DNA of 64,000 bases from an uncultured Bacteroidales bacterium. Its GTDB lineage: Bacteria > Bacteroidota > Bacteroidia > Bacteroidales > CAYRRV01. A program made the position numbers and the translations under genes. The first letter of the stretch is position 1; each line of letters begins with the position of its first letter. This document shows positions 47,452 to 56,077 of this stretch, piece by piece. The notes beneath the pieces were generated by a model, which worked only from the letters and a program-made list of their open reading frames with translations, was not told where the DNA came from and did not search any database. Location of the stretch: contig CAYRRV010000001.1 of NCBI GenBank assembly GCA_964426725.1, positions 9,190-73,189 of the forward strand, given 5' to 3'.

Positions 47452-50400
47452 ATGATTAAAAAAATCTTTCCTTTTTTGCTTGCCATTATATTGCTAGCTA
47501 CCTGCAAAAGTAAAAAAGATAAAGAAATATTAAAGGCTGACCCGGCCTTTAATCAAACCATCGCGGCTTATACCTCGGGCGTTATCTCTAAAAAATCGGT
47601 CATAAGAATCCGTTTGGTTAACGAGTATGATAAGAATATTGATGTTAACAAGGAGATAGAAAAGGATCTTTTCAGCTTCAATCCGAAAATGAAGGGTATT
47701 GCTTATTGGCTTGATAACCGGACTATTGAATTTCAGCCGGAGAAAGATTTTGAATCAGGAACCACCTACGAGGTTGAATTTGACCTGCACAAAATTATGG
47801 ATGTCCCTGATGAGCTGAAGGTTTTTAAATTTGGTTTCAGAACTATAACCCAGAATCTTGATGTCAAAATTGAAAATTATTCACCTTACAATAAAAATGA
47901 CCTGACCTCGTACCGGGTCGCCGGTACCCTGCTTACCTCTGATGTAGCTAATGAAAATTCAATTTCATCCATCGTGGAAGCCAATCAGGATAATAAAAGA
48001 TTACCTTTAACCTGGAAACATGATCCCGATCAGAAAGTACATCATTTCGTGATCGACAGTGTAAGCAGGGGTGAGAAATCTTCTGAATTGACTGTTACCT
48101 GGAATGGAAAGGAAGCCGGAATAGATTCAAGGGGGGAAGAAATACTGCAGATTCCGGCCCTGGGCGATTTCAAGATGATGGATATTCAGGTTGTACAACA
48201 ACCGGAGCAATATATTTCCATGCAATTCAGTGATCCCTTGCAGAAAAATCAGAACCTGCGCGGACTGATTACCCTCTCGAACAACACGAGTCTTTCATAT
48301 ACCATCGATGATAATATCATCAAGGCTTATCCGGCTGCAAGACAAACTGGAACACTCGATGTGCAAATTGCTGAAGGGATTAAAAACATTCTCGGGTATA
48401 AATTGAAAGAAGGTCAGAACATTAGCCTTGCTTTTGAAGATATTAAACCAAACGTTCGACTCGTCGGGAAAGGTGTGATCCTTCCCAATTCCGAGGGATT
48501 GATTTTTCCTTTCGAAGCCGTGAATCTCAAGGCTGTTGATGTCAAGATTATCCGGATTTATGAAAACAATGTCGCTCAATTCATGCAGGTAAATCACCTT
48601 GATGGTGAGAACCAGTTAAAAAGGGTAGGCCGGTTTATTTTGAAAAAAGAAATCCAACTTGTTTCGGAAAAACCCATCGATTATGGTCGGTGGAATTTGT
48701 TTAGTCTCGATTTGGCAGAATTGATACATCAGGAACCTGGTGCCTTGTACCGGGTAGAAATCAGTTTCAGGAAAAAGCATAGCTTGTATCCTTGTGCTGG
48801 CGGGGAGGAAGATGAAACAGAATTAGAAGAAAGTATGGGCTATGATGAGGATTATGATGAGGATGAAATTAGTTACTGGGATTCCTACGAGGATTATTAT
48901 AATGAATACGATTACAATTATAACTGGAGAGACAGAAAAGATCCCTGTACATATTCATATTACAGGTACAAGAAAGTAGCCCGGAATTTTCTTGCTTCCG
49001 ATTTGGGCATTATTGCCAAAGCCGGGAATAACCGCGGAATGAAGTTCGCGGTAACCAACCTGGTGACTGGAACCCCGCTGGAAGGAGTTGACCTGGAAAT
49101 ACTTAATTACCAGCAACAGGTAATAGGAACAGCAACCACCGGCAGCGATGGGTTAGCTTCTGTTTTAGTGGAACAAAAGCCCTACCTGCTGATCGCGAAA
49201 AGTGGTGATCAGAGGGGTTATTTACGCATGGATGATGGGTCTTCGTTATCGCTGAGTTACTTTGATGTTTCCGGCAACGTGGTACAGAAGGGCATCAAGG
49301 GTTATATTTACGGTGAAAGGGGGGTTTGGAGACCAGGCGACACCCTTTATCTCAATTTTATAATGGAAGATCAAGAAAAAATCCTCCCGGGAACACACCC
49401 GGTCGTGTTTGAATTAATCAATCCCATGGGACAGCTCTACAAGAGAATGGTGAGGACAACAGGAGAGAATGGTTTTTACAGTTTCATTTTTGCCACAGAA
49501 CCGGAATCTCCAACTGGTAACTGGACCGCGAAAATCAAAGTAGGGGGAACTTCCTTTACTAAAATATTAAAGATTGAAACCATTAAACCAAACCGGATCA
49601 AAATAAAAATTGATTTCGGGGTAGAAAAACTAACTGTTTCCGATCGGGATATCAGTGCCACGTTAAAGGCAAATTGGCTGCATGGGGCACCTGCCAGAAA
49701 ACTCAGGGCCACGGTTGACGTTACACTGGGCGAAATGCCCACTCAATTCGATAAATACGCGAATTTCGTATTTGATGATCCCGCGAGAGATTTTTACGCG
49801 GAGGAAAAAAATATATTTGATGGTTACCTGAATGAACAGGGAGAGGCCAGGGTCTCGGCCTATATTTCGACTAACGATGCCTCACCCGGTATGCTGAAGG
49901 CATCATTCGTTAGCCGGGTATACGAGGAAGGAGGAGAGTTCAGTACCGACAGGTTTTCTATTCCTTATGCCCCTTACGACTACTTCGTGGGAATAAAAAC
50001 CCCGAGAGGAGATAAAGCCAGGGGAATGTTGCTTACTGATACTTCCCACGTGGTTGATGTAGTAACTCTTGACGCGATGGGAAATCCCGTTTCGCGCGAC
50101 AATATCGATTGTAAAGTTTACAAGGTAAGCTGGCGCTGGTGGTGGGACGCCTCGGCTGATAATGATCTTGCCTCCTATATTGGCAATACTTATAATTCTC
50201 CTGTTCACAGTGAAGTGATATCTACCAAAAGTGGTAAAGGTTCGTTTTCTTTCCGCGTGAATTACCCGGACTGGGGCAGGTATCTCGTGAGAGTTAAAGA
50301 CCGTTCCAATGGTCACGCTACCGGAAAGATCGTGTATATCGACTGGCCGGGATGGGCCGGCAGGGCGCAAAGGGAAAACCCGGGGGGTGCTGCCATGCTT

Positions 50401-53019
50401 ACCTTTAGCGCGGATAAAAAGACTTACACTCCTGGTGAATTCTGCACGGTTTCCTTCCCGGGTAGTGAAAACAGCAGGGCGCTGGTAAGCATTGAGTCAG
50501 GCAGCAAGATTGTAGATGCCTGGTGGGTAGATGTTAAAAAGGGAGAGAATACCTTTAATTTTAAAGTAACACCTGAAATGGCTCCCAACGTGTATATTAA
50601 CATGACTTTGGTGCAGCCCCACACTAATACCGCCAACGATTTGCCTATCAGGCTGTATGGTATCGTGCCCATTATGATAGAAGATCCTGCCACTAAACTT
50701 CAGCCCGTAATTAACATGCCCGATATACTTGAACCCGAGGAAGAATTCACCGTGAAAGTCTCAGAGAAAGATAATAAAAAGATGACCTATACCCTGGCAG
50801 TGGTTGATGAAGGCTTACTCGATTTAACCCGTTTTCTCACGCCGAATCCATGGCAATCCTTTTATGCCCGTGAAGCGCTGGGCGTTAAAACATGGGATAT
50901 TTACGACATGGTACTGGGTGCCTACGGGGGCAAAATACAGCAATTGCTGAGCATTGGAGGTGGCGATGATGCAGACGGTAGCCAGAACAAAAGAGCCAAT
51001 CGTTTCAAACCGGTGGTAATGCATCTTGGTCCTTTCACCCTGAATAAAGGGAAATCGAATAGTCATACCATTACAATGCCCAATTACGTTGGTTCTGTTC
51101 GCACGATGATAGTTGCAGGAAACGAGGGCGCGTACGGGAATACAGAGAAAACCACCCCGGTAAGAAAACCCCTGATGGTACTGGCTACCTTGCCGAGAGT
51201 ACTTGGTCCCGGCGAAGAAGTAAAACTGCCAGTAACTGTTTTCGCGATGGAAGATAACATTAAAAAGGTGAATGTTTCTGTTGAAACCAGTGATATGCTA
51301 ACCATTGCCGGGAATAAAACCGCTCAATTGGATTTCTCCCAACCAGGTGACGAAGTGGTATATTTCAATATCAGGGTGCCCGAAAAAACAGGAATTGCCA
51401 CGGCAGAGGTAAAGGTAAAAAGTGGGCGCGAGGAAGCATCTTACAAGATTGAAATTGAAATACGCAATCCCAATCCCGACCTGACAAAATACCAGGAAGC
51501 AGTAATAGACCCTGGCAAGGAATGGACTCCTTCATACATGGCATTTGGCATGCCAGGTACTAACAAGGGAACCCTGGAAATATCATCCATCCCGCCTATT
51601 GATTTCGGGAGGAGGCTGAAATATCTCCTTGAGTACCCGCATGGGTGTATCGAGCAGACCACCTCATCAGCTTTCCCACAACTCTACCTTGGCGATGTGA
51701 TGGAGTTAACATCAGCTGAACAGCAGAAAACCAAACAAAACATCATGGCTGCCATCGAGCGGATTAATACCTTCATGTTGCCGAGTGGCGGTCTGGGTTA
51801 TTGGCCCGGGGCAGTTGAGGAAACGGACTGGGGTACCAGTTACGCCGGGCATTTCATGATAGAAGCCGAGAAAAAGGGTTATAATCTCACGGCCGGGTTC
51901 AGACAAAAATGGGTGGATTACCAGAAAAGAGCAGCCAGGAGCTGGGCCCGGGGAAGAGGAAAGTACCAGTATGCCCGTTACAATCAATCTGATCTGGAAC
52001 AGGCCTATCGTCTATATACACTCGCGTTAGCAGGGGAAAACGAACTCGGTGCCATGAACAGGCTCAGGGAAAAGAATGATCTATCCTTGCAAGCCAAATG
52101 GCGTCTTGCCGCTGCATACGGGTTAGCTGGTAAACCAGAAGTAGCCAATGAGATTATAGAAAATTTATCAACAGATATCAATGAATACCCCGGGTTTTAT
52201 TCATCCTTTGGTTCCAGAGAACGTGACTGGGCCATGATCATGGAAACATTCATAATATTGAATGATCGAAACAGGGCTATGCCTTTAATGGAGCGGATAT
52301 CCAAGGTCCTTTCAGGAAAACAGTGGATGAGCACTCAAACAACTGCATACTGCCTGCTTTCGATGTCGAAATTTGCCGGTGAAACAACTTCAAAGGAGAT
52401 GAAATTCAATTATGCAATTAATGATGGAGAGAAAATGAAAGCAACCACGAAACTGGCCGTGAGTCAACATGAAATAGACATGGATAAATATCCCGAGGGA
52501 AATATCAGGATAACGAATCGTGGCGAAGGAGTGCTGTTCGCTAGGATCATCCTCGAGGGTAAACCCGTTACAGATAATCGCGAGGCCGAGCAAAATGATC
52601 TGACCATGAGCATTGCATACAAGGATATGGAAGATAATCCTATTGACGTAACGCGATTGCAGCAAGGAACTGATTTTAAGGCAGAAGTGACCCTGAAAAA
52701 TCCCGGTGTATATGGTTATTACAAAGATATGGCGCTGACACAGATTTTCCCATCGGGTTGGGAAATTCATAACATGCGCGTGGATGGAAATGGTGCAGTT
52801 CACAGGAAATCGGTGCCCGATTACGAGGATGTGAGAGACGACCGGGTATATACCTATTTCGACCTGCAGCAGAGCAAGTCGAAAACTTTCGTGGTATTAC
52901 TAAACGCCGCTTATCTTGGAAAGTTCTATATGCCGGCAGTTAGCTGCGAGGCCATGTACGAGAACAAGATCAACGCGAGGATCCCAGGAAAATGGGTTGA
53001 AGTGGTGAAACCACAATAA
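47452..53019 (+). CDS. Bacterial alpha-2-macroglobulin family lipoprotein (1,855 aa) with an intact thioester
   Basis: It has the lipobox LLATCKS, repeated MG-type beta-sandwich segments and the thioester site YPHGCIEQTTSSAFPQ. The following alpha-helical region carries WGTSYAGHF and EQAYRLYTLA. Confidence 0.9.
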   Translation: MIKKIFPFLLAIILLATCKSKKDKEILKADPAFNQTIAAYTSGVISKKSVIRIRLVNEYDKNIDVNKEIEKDLFSFNPKMKGIAYWLDNRTIEFQPEKDFESGTTYEVEFDLHKIMDVPDELKVFKFGFRTITQNLDVKIENYSPYNKNDLTSYRVAGTLLTSDVANENSISSIVEANQDNKRLPLTWKHDPDQKVHHFVIDSVSRGEKSSELTVTWNGKEAGIDSRGEEILQIPALGDFKMMDIQVVQQPEQYISMQFSDPLQKNQNLRGLITLSNNTSLSYTIDDNIIKAYPAARQTGTLDVQIAEGIKNILGYKLKEGQNISLAFEDIKPNVRLVGKGVILPNSEGLIFPFEAVNLKAVDVKIIRIYENNVAQFMQVNHLDGENQLKRVGRFILKKEIQLVSEKPIDYGRWNLFSLDLAELIHQEPGALYRVEISFRKKHSLYPCAGGEEDETELEESMGYDEDYDEDEISYWDSYEDYYNEYDYNYNWRDRKDPCTYSYYRYKKVARNFLASDLGIIAKAGNNRGMKFAVTNLVTGTPLEGVDLEILNYQQQVIGTATTGSDGLASVLVEQKPYLLIAKSGDQRGYLRMDDGSSLSLSYFDVSGNVVQKGIKGYIYGERGVWRPGDTLYLNFIMEDQEKILPGTHPVVFELINPMGQLYKRMVRTTGENGFYSFIFATEPESPTGNWTAKIKVGGTSFTKILKIETIKPNRIKIKIDFGVEKLTVSDRDISATLKANWLHGAPARKLRATVDVTLGEMPTQFDKYANFVFDDPARDFYAEEKNIFDGYLNEQGEARVSAYISTNDASPGMLKASFVSRVYEEGGEFSTDRFSIPYAPYDYFVGIKTPRGDKARGMLLTDTSHVVDVVTLDAMGNPVSRDNIDCKVYKVSWRWWWDASADNDLASYIGNTYNSPVHSEVISTKSGKGSFSFRVNYPDWGRYLVRVKDRSNGHATGKIVYIDWPGWAGRAQRENPGGAAMLTFSADKKTYTPGEFCTVSFPGSENSRALVSIESGSKIVDAWWVDVKKGENTFNFKVTPEMAPNVYINMTLVQPHTNTANDLPIRLYGIVPIMIEDPATKLQPVINMPDILEPEEEFTVKVSEKDNKKMTYTLAVVDEGLLDLTRFLTPNPWQSFYAREALGVKTWDIYDMVLGAYGGKIQQLLSIGGGDDADGSQNKRANRFKPVVMHLGPFTLNKGKSNSHTITMPNYVGSVRTMIVAGNEGAYGNTEKTTPVRKPLMVLATLPRVLGPGEEVKLPVTVFAMEDNIKKVNVSVETSDMLTIAGNKTAQLDFSQPGDEVVYFNIRVPEKTGIATAEVKVKSGREEASYKIEIEIRNPNPDLTKYQEAVIDPGKEWTPSYMAFGMPGTNKGTLEISSIPPIDFGRRLKYLLEYPHGCIEQTTSSAFPQLYLGDVMELTSAEQQKTKQNIMAAIERINTFMLPSGGLGYWPGAVEETDWGTSYAGHFMIEAEKKGYNLTAGFRQKWVDYQKRAARSWARGRGKYQYARYNQSDLEQAYRLYTLALAGENELGAMNRLREKNDLSLQAKWRLAAAYGLAGKPEVANEIIENLSTDINEYPGFYSSFGSRERDWAMIMETFIILNDRNRAMPLMERISKVLSGKQWMSTQTTAYCLLSMSKFAGETTSKEMKFNYAINDGEKMKATTKLAVSQHEIDMDKYPEGNIRITNRGEGVLFARIILEGKPVTDNREAEQNDLTMSIAYKDMEDNPIDVTRLQQGTDFKAEVTLKNPGVYGYYKDMALTQIFPSGWEIHNMRVDGNGAVHRKSVPDYEDVRDDRVYTYFDLQQSKSKTFVVLLNAAYLGKFYMPAVSCEAMYENKINARIPGKWVEVVKPQ
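51646..51657 (+). other. CIEQ thioester motif codons (TGT ATC GAG CAG)
   Basis: The codons were read directly. They match the CxEQ thioester signature of the A2M/C3 superfamily. Confidence 0.85.
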
Positions 53020-53031
53020 AAAGAAATGAAA

Positions 53032-53071
53032 CCCTCAACCGCCAGTTGTCGGACACGGTCGAGGGATTTAA
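53032..53071 (+). terminator. Hairpin and REP-like element, right copy, 13 nt after the A2M stop
   Basis: CCCTCAACCG-(14 nt loop)-CGGTCGAGGG forms a 10-bp stem with one mismatch, followed by ATTTAAAATATATTTT. It is the inverted copy of 47086..47122. Confidence 0.6.
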
Positions 53072-53146
53072 AATATATTTTAGGTTTTCACTGTAACGAA
53101 CAGGGAGATTGAATCGTCTTATTGTTTAATATCAAAAAAGGCTGCT

Positions 53147-53830
53147 ATGATTAAGACCAATGATCTGGTAAAAATATTTCGCACCGATGAGGTGGAAACA
53201 ACGGCTTTAAACAAGGTAACCCTGGAAGTAACACCCGGTGAATTTGTTGCCATCATGGGGCCTTCTGGCTGTGGAAAATCAACGTTGCTTAATATCCTGG
53301 GATTACTGGATAATCCAACCGGGGGAAAGTATTTTTTCAATGGAATTGAAGTTTCAGGTTACAAGGAGAAGCAACGCACCAACCTGCGCAAGGGCAATAT
53401 CGGTTTCGTTTTCCAAAGTTTCAACCTGATTGATGAACTCACTGTTCACGAGAATGTTGAATTACCCTTGTTATATCTTAAAACACGCTCCTCTGAAAGG
53501 AAAAGGAAGGTGGAGGAAGTATTGGAAAGGATGAAGATAGCGCACCGGCGAAACCATTTTCCTCAGCAGCTATCGGGTGGCCAGCAGCAAAGAGTTGCTA
53601 TTGCACGCGCTGTAGTGGCCCGACCAAAATTGATCCTGGCAGATGAGCCAACCGGGAACCTTGATTCTGCTAATGGTGAAGAAGTGATGAATTTACTTTC
53701 TGAATTGAACAGTGAGGGTACTACCATCATAATGGTAACGCACTCACCATCGGATGCAGATAAGGCACACCGTATCGTGCAGCTATTTGACGGGCAAATT
53801 GTCACGGAAAATATTAAAAAAATTCTATAG
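53147..53830 (+). CDS. ABC transporter ATP-binding protein (MacB/LolD-type), with no adjacent permease
   Basis: It has Walker A GPSGCGKST, the Q-loop FQSFNL, the signature LSGGQQQRVAIARA, Walker B LILADEPTGNLD and the H-loop VTHS. Confidence 0.9.
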   Translation: MIKTNDLVKIFRTDEVETTALNKVTLEVTPGEFVAIMGPSGCGKSTLLNILGLLDNPTGGKYFFNGIEVSGYKEKQRTNLRKGNIGFVFQSFNLIDELTVHENVELPLLYLKTRSSERKRKVEEVLERMKIAHRRNHFPQQLSGGQQQRVAIARAVVARPKLILADEPTGNLDSANGEEVMNLLSELNSEGTTIIMVTHSPSDADKAHRIVQLFDGQIVTENIKKIL

Positions 53831-53860
53831 GTTTTCCATGAATTTACAGGAGAAATAATT

Positions 53861-55495
53861 CTACCTGTATTCCATGCGGGCTGCCATATCGGGAACACCT
53901 AACAAAATATCCACGGCTTTTTGCAGGGTATTATCCACGTCGTATATAATAGGATAAAAACCCTCGTTATCCATAATATTACGGGCAATATAGGCCTTAA
54001 GTTGCGTGAGTATTAGTTCTTCCGATTCGTCAATGTCCTTTTTGTCAGGATTCACCCCGTTTTCATTGGCAAATTCTATTAACCCTGGAAGTAAATCCTG
54101 TTTATCAAGGTACGTTTCCAATTCTGATGGCTTGTAAAACTCGCTAAGCTTTTCCCGGTGTGAATCAGCATAGTGGAAAGCATACCTGTAAATAAGCCCC
54201 CTGTTACGGAGTCGACTAAAATACTGGGTTACCCCGGTTGTATCAACTGGTATAAAGAAATCAGGCATGATACCCCCTCCACCGTATACAATATTGCCAC
54301 CCGGGGTATAGTATTTCAGGCTATCGGCAAACTGAATGCTGTCTGCTTCCACGAATTCACCATGTGCCACCCTTTCATGAATATCCTTGTAATAATCTTC
54401 CAAGCCATTGTTATAAGGTTTTTGAATACTTCTTCCGGTAGGCGTGTAATAACGGGCGACTGTCAAGCGCAATGCCGAACCATCGGAAAGTACAATCTGT
54501 TCCTGCACCAGTCCTTTGCCGAATGATCTCCTACCCACTATAATTCCACGGTCATTGTCTTGTATTGCCCCGGCCAGGATTTCACTAGCTGAAGCTGAAA
54601 ATTCATCAATTAAAATCACCACCTCATTATCATGTAAAACGCCTTTTGCCGTGGCATAAATATCTGTTCGCGGTCGGGCTTTCCCTTGAGTATAAACTAT
54701 CAGCTTATTTTTCCCGAGAAACTGGTCGGCGATATTGGTTGCTGCATCCATGTATCCGCCGCCATTGCTTCTCAAATCGACAATGATCTTGGTCATGCCC
54801 TCGGCTTTAAGCTTGTCGGTTGCATCCAGAAATTCCCTGAAAGTAGTCCGGGAAAAAGAGCTGATCTTCACGTAACCAATATTATCTGTAATCATGTAAG
54901 CAACATCTACACTATAAAGGGGAATTTGATCCCGGATAATTTCAAATTTAATCAGATCGGGTTCCCCTTTGCGGTAAATTCCCACTTTCACGGTTGTTCC
55001 CTTGGGCCCTTTAAGCATTTTAACAATATCATTACTGGGCATGTCAACCCCTGCCACGAGAGAATCATCAACAGTAATGATACGATCGCCTGGCATTATG
55101 CCGACCAATTCACTGGGTCCGTTCGAAATAGTTTGTATGATAACTACTGTATCGTTTTGCATGTTAAACTGTACGCCAATGCCACTGAAATTTCCCTCGA
55201 GTGGTTCATTAACAGCCTGAAGGTCCTCGGCGGGAATATATACTGAATGAGGGTCTAACTCAGTCAGCATGGCCACGATGCCGGCATCTGATATTTTGGA
55301 AATATTAATGGTATCAACATATTCTTCCTCGATATAATTCATCACGTTCGATACTTTATCGGTTCTGGGATAAATGAGATACCGCTGCGTGCCACCTCCC
55401 CGGTCGAAAAGCCTGTGACCAATAAGTAATCCTGCCACGAAAGTGACCGATAGTATTAAGGGCAAATAAGTATATCTTCTTTTGTTACTTGTCAT
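53861..55495 (-). CDS. S41 family C-terminal processing peptidase
   Basis: It has an N-terminal anchor, a PDZ region (GIGVQF...GPSELVGIMPGDRII) and the catalytic region LIDEFSASASEILAGA...GRRSFGKG. I chose the ATG at 55495. Confidence 0.85.
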   Translation of the reverse strand: MTSNKRRYTYLPLILSVTFVAGLLIGHRLFDRGGGTQRYLIYPRTDKVSNVMNYIEEEYVDTINISKISDAGIVAMLTELDPHSVYIPAEDLQAVNEPLEGNFSGIGVQFNMQNDTVVIIQTISNGPSELVGIMPGDRIITVDDSLVAGVDMPSNDIVKMLKGPKGTTVKVGIYRKGEPDLIKFEIIRDQIPLYSVDVAYMITDNIGYVKISSFSRTTFREFLDATDKLKAEGMTKIIVDLRSNGGGYMDAATNIADQFLGKNKLIVYTQGKARPRTDIYATAKGVLHDNEVVILIDEFSASASEILAGAIQDNDRGIIVGRRSFGKGLVQEQIVLSDGSALRLTVARYYTPTGRSIQKPYNNGLEDYYKDIHERVAHGEFVEADSIQFADSLKYYTPGGNIVYGGGGIMPDFFIPVDTTGVTQYFSRLRNRGLIYRYAFHYADSHREKLSEFYKPSELETYLDKQDLLPGLIEFANENGVNPDKKDIDESEELILTQLKAYIARNIMDNEGFYPIIYDVDNTLQKAVDILLGVPDMAARMEYR

Positions 55496-55946
55496 AATTA
55501 TTCTCAATATGAACGATTTCTATTCCTGCTCTTTCCAAAAGAGCCAATCCGTCAACATTATGGTATTTATCACTAAAAACAACTCTCCTGATTCCTGACT
55601 GAATGATCAACTTGGAACATTCCATGCAGGGAGATGTTGTAACATATAACGTTGCATTTTCGCTACTGTTGTTTGATTTTGCAACTTTTGTGATCGCGTT
55701 GGCTTCAGCGTGCAGCACGTAGGGTTTTGTAATATAATTTTCATCTTCACAAATATTTTCAAAACCCGAGGGTGTACCATTGTAACCATCAGAGATTATC
55801 ATCTTTTCCTTGACGATTAAGGCACCCACTTTCCTCCTCTTACAATATGAATTCTCACCCCACACGCGGGCCATCTGTAGATACCGACGGTCATATTGCT
55901 CCTGTTTTTCGCGGTAAGGGTGAATTATCTCATCATCTGTTTTCAT
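55485..55946 (-). CDS. dCMP (deoxycytidylate) deaminase family protein
   Basis: It has the zinc motifs HAEANAI and SPCMECSKLI and is 153 aa. Confidence 0.85.
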   Translation of the reverse strand: MKTDDEIIHPYREKQEQYDRRYLQMARVWGENSYCKRRKVGALIVKEKMIISDGYNGTPSGFENICEDENYITKPYVLHAEANAITKVAKSNNSSENATLYVTTSPCMECSKLIIQSGIRRVVFSDKYHNVDGLALLERAGIEIVHIENNYDK

Positions 55947-56077
55947 GCCTGGCTGTTATTATCCTTGTAAAATGTTGGGATACAAATTTAACAAAATCAA
56001 TCGTTTTTCGATCAAACCATTGGAGAAATTGTGATGAGGGGAATACAGGGATAATTGATTACCGGTACCCGAAATGA

